Shown: positions 27,595-32,000 of the stretch, piece after piece | How the letters are laid out: each line of letters opens with the position of its first letter | Position numbering within the stretch: the first letter of the stretch is position 1 | Assembly (NCBI RefSeq): GCF_001735745.1 | Contig: NZ_CP017260.1 | Coordinates: forward strand, 2,220,001-2,252,000 | Direction: 5' to 3' | Length of the DNA: 32,000 nt | Origin: Formosa sp. Hel1_33_131 | Lineage (GTDB): Bacteria > Bacteroidota > Bacteroidia > Flavobacteriales > Flavobacteriaceae | The notes under the pieces: model-generated | Seen by the model: only the letters and a program-made list of their open reading frames with translations | Databases searched by the model: none | What the model was told of the DNA's origin: nothing | Made by a program: the position numbers and the translations under genes

Positions 27595-28188
27595 ATGAAA
27601 TCAATGAAATCAATTAACAAAATTACAATGACTTGTGGCATCCGTTATATTGCTGTTGCTTTTGTGATGTTTTCAGTAACGAATGTATTTTCTCAGGGAT
27701 TGATAAGTCAATCTCCTAAGTTGATAAAATCGGTACTAACCCATGCAGGTTCAAGTACTGTTTCGTATGAACATTCAGATGCATCAGGCATAACAAGAAC
27801 CACCAGTGTCCGGCAAAGTATTGGTCAACATGGAACGGTTGGATTATCAAACACCTCTCTAAGTTCTGTTCAGCAAGGATTTCTAAATCGTATAAATACA
27901 TTAAAGGTCGACAATACAAATTCTGAATTTGTTAAAACGTTCAATCTGTTATCTATTTTTCCAAACCCATTCAAAGCGTTTGTGAAAGTTAAATTTTCAA
28001 AACTGCCCGTACATCCAATATTTATAGAAGTGTTTGATGTGAGAGGGCGTTTGGTTTTAGATCAAGAATTTCAGCCCTCAGATATGATTACAGTACCAAC
28101 AGAACGTTTAGAAGACGCCAGTTATATGATCCGAGTTTCAAGTGGAAGTCAGGAGTATCTTAAAAAGTTAATTAAAGGAATCAATTAA
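27595..28188 (+). CDS. miniature T9SS cargo protein (passenger of about 90 aa + type-A C-terminal sorting domain)
   Basis: The signal peptide ends at VTNVFSQ. The short passenger carries SIGQ...VQQGF motifs. The C-terminal 80 aa, LSIFPNPFKAFVKVKF...IEVFDVRGRLV...ASYMIRVSSGSQEYLKKLIK, is a T9SS CTD. The start could be 27565, 27595, 27604 or 27628. Confidence 0.8.
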   Translation: MKSMKSINKITMTCGIRYIAVAFVMFSVTNVFSQGLISQSPKLIKSVLTHAGSSTVSYEHSDASGITRTTSVRQSIGQHGTVGLSNTSLSSVQQGFLNRINTLKVDNTNSEFVKTFNLLSIFPNPFKAFVKVKFSKLPVHPIFIEVFDVRGRLVLDQEFQPSDMITVPTERLEDASYMIRVSSGSQEYLKKLIKGIN

Positions 28189-28197
28189 ACGAGTTAT

Positions 28198-28836
28198 ATG
28201 AATTTGACTGTTTTTAAATATGTTGTATTTTTAGTAGGTGTCTCCGTGAGTTATGCGCAAGATATTTATGTAGAAACGTCTCTTTCAAGTGCTTCGTTTG
28301 ACGATTTTAAAAGCGATGATGGTGTTAACACGCTTGATAATAAGTATTCGAGGCCCGTTGAATTTGGAATTGGCGTCGGTGCGATTTTGAATGTCACAGA
28401 CAACAATCGTTTAAAATGGGATTTGGGCTTGAATTTCAATAAATATAAAATCAATACCAGTTTAAATACTTCCATTCCAACGGAGTATAATCTCAACTAT
28501 GTGTCTTTGAAAACAGGGCCTTATTTTTCATTGATCAATCATTCAAGAGTTAAATTACAGCTTCATGCACACAGTTCTCTAGATCATTTAATTTTCGGAT
28601 CGAATCAGTATAGCGATGTATATGATGATTTATTGGAGGGGAAAAACTTTAGTAAACTAGTGATGAATTACCATTACGGGGTTGCTGTCGAAATCACGTT
28701 AAGTAATTCGAGTTCATTATATATGAGCTATGATTCTAAAAATGGACTTACAAATAGCATTGATGGCGACGAATCCTACCGATTAAATGCAACGTCTATT
28801 TTGATGGGATTCCGTTTTAAATTAAATAAACTCTAG
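28198..28836 (+). CDS. small (about 8-stranded) outer-membrane beta-barrel protein
   Basis: 212 aa with a signal peptide (VSVSYAQ), about eight alternating-hydrophobicity strands, and the terminal strand SILMGFRFKL with an aromatic residue near the C-terminus. It starts 9 nt after the preceding stop. Confidence 0.7.
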   Translation: MNLTVFKYVVFLVGVSVSYAQDIYVETSLSSASFDDFKSDDGVNTLDNKYSRPVEFGIGVGAILNVTDNNRLKWDLGLNFNKYKINTSLNTSIPTEYNLNYVSLKTGPYFSLINHSRVKLQLHAHSSLDHLIFGSNQYSDVYDDLLEGKNFSKLVMNYHYGVAVEITLSNSSSLYMSYDSKNGLTNSIDGDESYRLNATSILMGFRFKLNKL

Positions 28837-28876
28837 ATGTTTAGCAAACTTTATAAAAAACAATAATTAAAGACTA

Positions 28877-30046
28877 ATGATGAAAATTCTAAAACAAATA
28901 GTAATAGTTTCGATATTCATTTTTATGAGTAAAGGGTTATTCGCTCAGTCTGCAGGAATTAATTACCAAGCATTAATTCTCAATTCTGAAGTCATTCAAA
29001 TTCCTGGTGCGGATGTTGAGGAAAACCAAGTCGCTTTAGGTCTCGAAGATGTTTCATTTCGTTTTACGATATCAGATGAAACATTTCAAGATTTGTATAT
29101 TGAAGAACAATCGATTACCACAGATGAAAATGGGATGGTCTCTTTAATAGTTGGTAGTGGAACCCCTTTATTCTCAACTTTTGATGCCATTGTGTGGAAT
29201 GGAACTCTAAAATATTTGAATATTGAAATTGATATTCACAGTCAAAACCAAGGCTATGTTTTTCTGGATATTCAAAAAATATTGTATTTGCCTCAAAGTG
29301 GTACAGGCTCCACAATTGATATTGTAAACGACATGACCAATGTTCCAATGGCTGATAATGATGTTGGGGATATTATTTGGATACTAGATGCGGACGGTCT
29401 TGGAAATTCTTCATTAATGGTTTGAGACGGTAATCAATGGCGTCCTGCACAAATGGATTTTGATCCTGAAAACGAATTTGCACTTGTAGTAGCCTTAGAC
29501 AATAACAATCGAGACCTTCAATTTCCCACGCCCAATACTGGTGAACAAGTTTGGAATCAAGCTTGTGATTGTATTCAAGTTTATGATGGTAATACTTGGA
29601 CGGATATCAGTTCTTTAGGGGCTATTTCGGCGACTAACGGAATCAATATCGGCGCAAATACGACTATCAAATTTGGAGGCGCACTTGTAGAGCCAACCAA
29701 ATTGACGACAGATGCCACCAATACACTTTCCATTGACGGATTGCAAGAAACAACGTCGACTATTGATAAAAACATAGTATTGATAGACACAAATTCTGGA
29801 GTCATTTCTAGGACGCCTTTAGGCAATGTTTTTCAAGAAGAAGTCACATTAACCATTGCGGCAAATGATGGACAAAATCAGTTTGCAACCCCTTCACCAA
29901 TAACAGACGATAAAAAAATTAATATTTACCGCAATGGCGTTCGTATAGGGTTTACGGTAGTCAATAACAATACAATGGTAGAGTTAGAACCTGCTGCTGT
30001 TTGCTATGCAGGAGATGAAATAAGAATCATACAATTTACTAATTAA
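28877..30046 (+). pseudogene. tail-fibre-like secreted protein A; one 389-codon reading frame interrupted by an in-frame TGA at 29423..29425
   Basis: ORFs 28877..29425 and 29453..30046 are in the same frame and separated by a single TGA. The text across it reads GDIIWILDADGLGNSSLMV*DGNQWRPA. Placing W at the stop recreates the GDxxW...WDGxxW motif seen at 29528..29604 and in gene C. There is a signal peptide (KGLFAQ) but no lipobox or T9SS CTD. Confidence 0.7.
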
Positions 30047-30054
30047 TAATCTTT

Positions 30055-30080
30055 AATAACAATAATAACAATAATAACAA
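30055..30080. repeat. 9-bp tandem repeat (AATAACAAT x about 2.9) in the A-B intergenic region
   Basis: AATAACAAT AATAACAAT AATAACAA read directly from the sequence. It sits 12 nt upstream of the first ATG of gene B. Confidence 0.85.
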
Positions 30081-30091
30081 ATCTAAACATT

Positions 30092-31053
30092 ATGAGAACA
30101 CAAAAACCAAACATTATGAAAAACAAATATTTAAAAGGGGGCATACTAGCCCTGATGATGATCGCAGGAACTGCGCTGCAAGCGCAGACGACTGCAACTA
30201 CAGACGCAGGTCTTGTTAAAGGAGCTGGAGCAGGAGTGTCCGTCAAATTGATAGACAACAAGGGAACTTCAAATACCTACAAACTAACAATGGTATTACA
30301 TCCATTACCTCTACTACAGCGGGTAGTGCAACTACAACTACTTGGCAATTAGGTGGTAGCTTAGTAGATGACACCTATATTGATGTATCTGGTAAAGTCT
30401 TTGGTCTTGATAGGATTGAATTAGTTAATATTGCAACTTCTCAAGCTTCTACAAATGCCACAAATAAATCTGTTCATGGAGGAACAGGGTCAGGTTGGAC
30501 ATTGCTTGTAAGAGATGAATCAACAGGAGATATTAAAAAGTTAAAAGCTACGGATTTGATTGTAAGTGGCTTTGTAGATTACACAGCTGATGCGACAGAT
30601 GAAGGTAATGGATTTAAAGCGATAACGGCTACTGGAATTCCAGCAACAGCTACGGATAGAGCTAAAATATGGGTGTATCGCAATGGTGCTAAGTTAATTT
30701 ACGGCGTGGACTTTACTGTTGCGGCTGATGAAGTTACCGTAACGGAAAAATCACCTACTACCGCTGGTAGTGCTGCAACTATATCGATTGCTGGTACTGC
30801 TTTTACAGCAAATAATATTGTTCCTACAACAATTGTTGCTGGGACTAGTGTAATTGGAAGCATTGTCGATGGAACGGCGTCAACAAAAGCTACAGTTACT
30901 GTAGATGGGTTTTCTTTCACGGCAAATGCCGTTGGAGTAACCACAATAGTAGCAGGAAGTACTATTACTGCTATAGTTGATGGAGTTGGAACATCGACGG
31001 ATGGTTGGCAATTATATACTGATGATATTTTTGAAATACAGTGGATTAAATAA
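30092..31053 (+). pseudogene. tail-fibre-like secreted protein B; the reading frame is broken by a -1 shift near 30289
   Basis: ORF 30092..30352 encodes a signal peptide (ILALMMIAGTALQAQ) and VKLIDNKGT, then decays into junk. The frame of ORF 30502..31053 is open from 30220. From about 30289 it encodes NNGITSITSTTAGSATTTTWQLGGSLVDDT...GWTLLVRDESTGDIKK, homologous to ATNGINIGANTTIKFGGALVEPT...NIVLIDTNSGVISR of gene A, well upstream of the TTG at 30502. Confidence 0.65.
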
Positions 31054-31113
31054 CCCCACACAACTATTTTCTACAACTTAACACAAGTTGTTAATACAAT
31101 TTTTATATTATAT

Positions 31114-31154
31114 CTCAGCTGCTTTTTATACCAAAAGGAGCAGTTGAGTTTATT
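31114..31154 (+). terminator. probable rho-independent terminator after gene B
   Basis: A 10-bp stem CTCAGCTGCT (31114..31123) / AGCAGTTGAG (31139..31148) with one G-U pair, extendable by TTTT/AAAA, followed by TTTATT. Confidence 0.55.
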
Positions 31155-31235
31155 AAGAGTTCTACATTTATTTAATACCACTCCCATTTTAAGGGAGAAT
31201 AGCAGATATCAACAGCCATTTTTAACTTATAAACT

Positions 31236-32000
31236 ATGAAAATTACCTTCACTCTAAACAAATCTAGACGCTATATCATCACACTTTTGGTGGTAGGTTT
31301 ATTGAGCTTTCAATCGCAGGCTCAAGTTGTTAAGGTCATTGACAGAAAAGGAACTATTACTGATGTCAACAATAATCAAGTAACCACATCGCTCGCTACT
31401 GCGAAGCCTACGAATCCAGTAATAGGAGATGTTTGGTTTGAAACTGATACATTGATATCTGAAATTTGGGATGGTACAAACTGGGTAAAAATAAATACAT
31501 GGCTTGGGTACAAAACTATCCATCATAACCACGCCACAATGCCTCTTGCCATCACACATGCACTTCATAACAATGCAGATATCCATATTGAAGGTGTGGC
31601 AGGGCTATCAATTACGAATACAGCTGTAAATGACGGCACAAACTTTTACATAACAAATACAACAGGGGCAGATAAAGCTTTATCTTTTGCAGGATTTACA
31701 GGAGCCTTTCTAAGGAATGGAGGTGCGGAAGCAGACCGATCTGTTTACGGTTTAACCCTAAAACCCAATACCCGTTATTTGTGCCATATTACAGAAAATT
31801 CAGGATTTTATTTTAACGCAACTGAGGCAGGGGGAAGTGGAGACATTGTGCCACTGTGGAAATCTGATACAAATGGAGGTGATTATGCTATAAACGATAT
31901 TATTAATTATGATGGTAATTTATACAAAAACCTCACGGGAGATAATTTTGATACCTTGCCAAATGCGGATGCCGCCAATTGGGAGGTTTTTGCAGGTGGT
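31236..32000 (+). CDS. tail-fibre-like secreted protein C (partial; continues beyond the window end)
   Basis: This ORF is open from the ATG at 31236 to the window end (255 codons) and is missing from the ORF track because it has no stop. It has a signal peptide (LLVVGLLSFQSQAQ), then VKVIDRKGT and PTNPVIGDVWFETDTLISEIWDGTNWVKI. Near the end there is a CBM5/12-like GDYAINDIINYDGNLYKNLTG...ADAANWEV. Confidence 0.8.
   Translation, partial: MKITFTLNKSRRYIITLLVVGLLSFQSQAQVVKVIDRKGTITDVNNNQVTTSLATAKPTNPVIGDVWFETDTLISEIWDGTNWVKINTWLGYKTIHHNHATMPLAITHALHNNADIHIEGVAGLSITNTAVNDGTNFYITNTTGADKALSFAGFTGAFLRNGGAEADRSVYGLTLKPNTRYLCHITENSGFYFNATEAGGSGDIVPLWKSDTNGGDYAINDIINYDGNLYKNLTGDNFDTLPNADAANWEVFAGG

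Noticed and set aside
29423-29425. Genome-wide TGA reassignment (code 4 or 25) as the explanation for the in-frame TGA in fibre gene A
   Set aside because: All conserved housekeeping genes in the window (recN, coaBC, dapA, miaA and others) are intact under the standard code, encode Trp with TGG and contain no internal TGA. TGA is simply a rare stop here (it is also used at 16381..16383). A local mutation, sequencing error or readthrough is more parsimonious.
30262-30300. Programmed -1 ribosomal frameshift in fibre gene B
   Set aside because: There is no X-XXY-YYZ slippery heptamer and no obvious downstream stem-loop or pseudoknot at the junction (TACAAACTAACAATGG). A 1-nt indel is more likely, though PRF cannot be excluded without data.
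30699-31061. 120-aa antisense ORF opposite fibre gene B, and the 95-aa antisense ORF at 31299..31586 opposite gene C
   Set aside because: The sense strands carry signal peptides and motifs shared among paralogs. The antisense frame stays open only because the T/V/A/G-rich repeat region lacks stop-complement codons.
27565-32000. Prophage or tailocin remnant, because of the tail-fibre-like motifs
   Set aside because: No capsid, terminase, portal, baseplate, sheath, integrase or lysis genes and no att-like repeats are visible. The genes carry Sec signal peptides and sit with a T9SS cargo and an OM barrel, which points to a host surface structure. The region beyond 32000 is unseen, so this is not fully excluded.

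Overview
Chromosomal window from an AT-rich Bacteroidota genome, most likely a Flavobacteriaceae member. The evidence is two proteins with T9SS type-A C-terminal sorting domains, exact TAnnTTTG -7 promoter boxes in front of many genes, and the class-typical block bamD-rpoZ-coaBC-DUF4835-recN. There are about 31 protein-coding genes. I saw no rRNA, tRNA, CRISPR array, transposase or integrase. Gene order: prfC (partial, -), higBA toxin-antitoxin (-), a split 5'-nucleotidase (-), a small conserved protein plus dapA, bamD-rpoZ-coaBC-DUF4835-recN, fabI, a 1572-aa multidomain T9SS adhesin-like protein with a near-identical 513-bp internal tandem duplication, a GT2/YbbR-like/coaE operon and a histidine kinase/OmpR-type regulator pair. 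A seven-gene minus-strand array follows: Gfo/Idh/MocA oxidoreductase, 3-hydroxyacyl-CoA dehydrogenase, DUF1015, yggS, a DnaQ-exonuclease/GIY-YIG fusion, a Kv-like K+ channel and miaA. The last 4.4 kb (27.6-32.0 kb) is the accessory part and the best candidate for an undescribed system. It is a co-directional cluster encoding a miniature T9SS cargo protein, an 8-stranded outer-membrane beta-barrel and three paralogous, mosaic, tail-fibre-like secreted proteins that I cannot assign to a named family. Two of these three fibre genes are disrupted, one by an in-frame TGA that replaces the conserved Trp of a WDGxxW motif and one by a -1 frameshift. Other oddities: a nested-palindrome intergenic element present twice (after the giant adhesin gene and between the regulator gene and miaA); an exonuclease gene with no canonical start codon before its catalytic DIET motif, in frame with the yggS stop; and several promoter boxes only 4-6 nt from start codons, which implies leaderless mRNAs.
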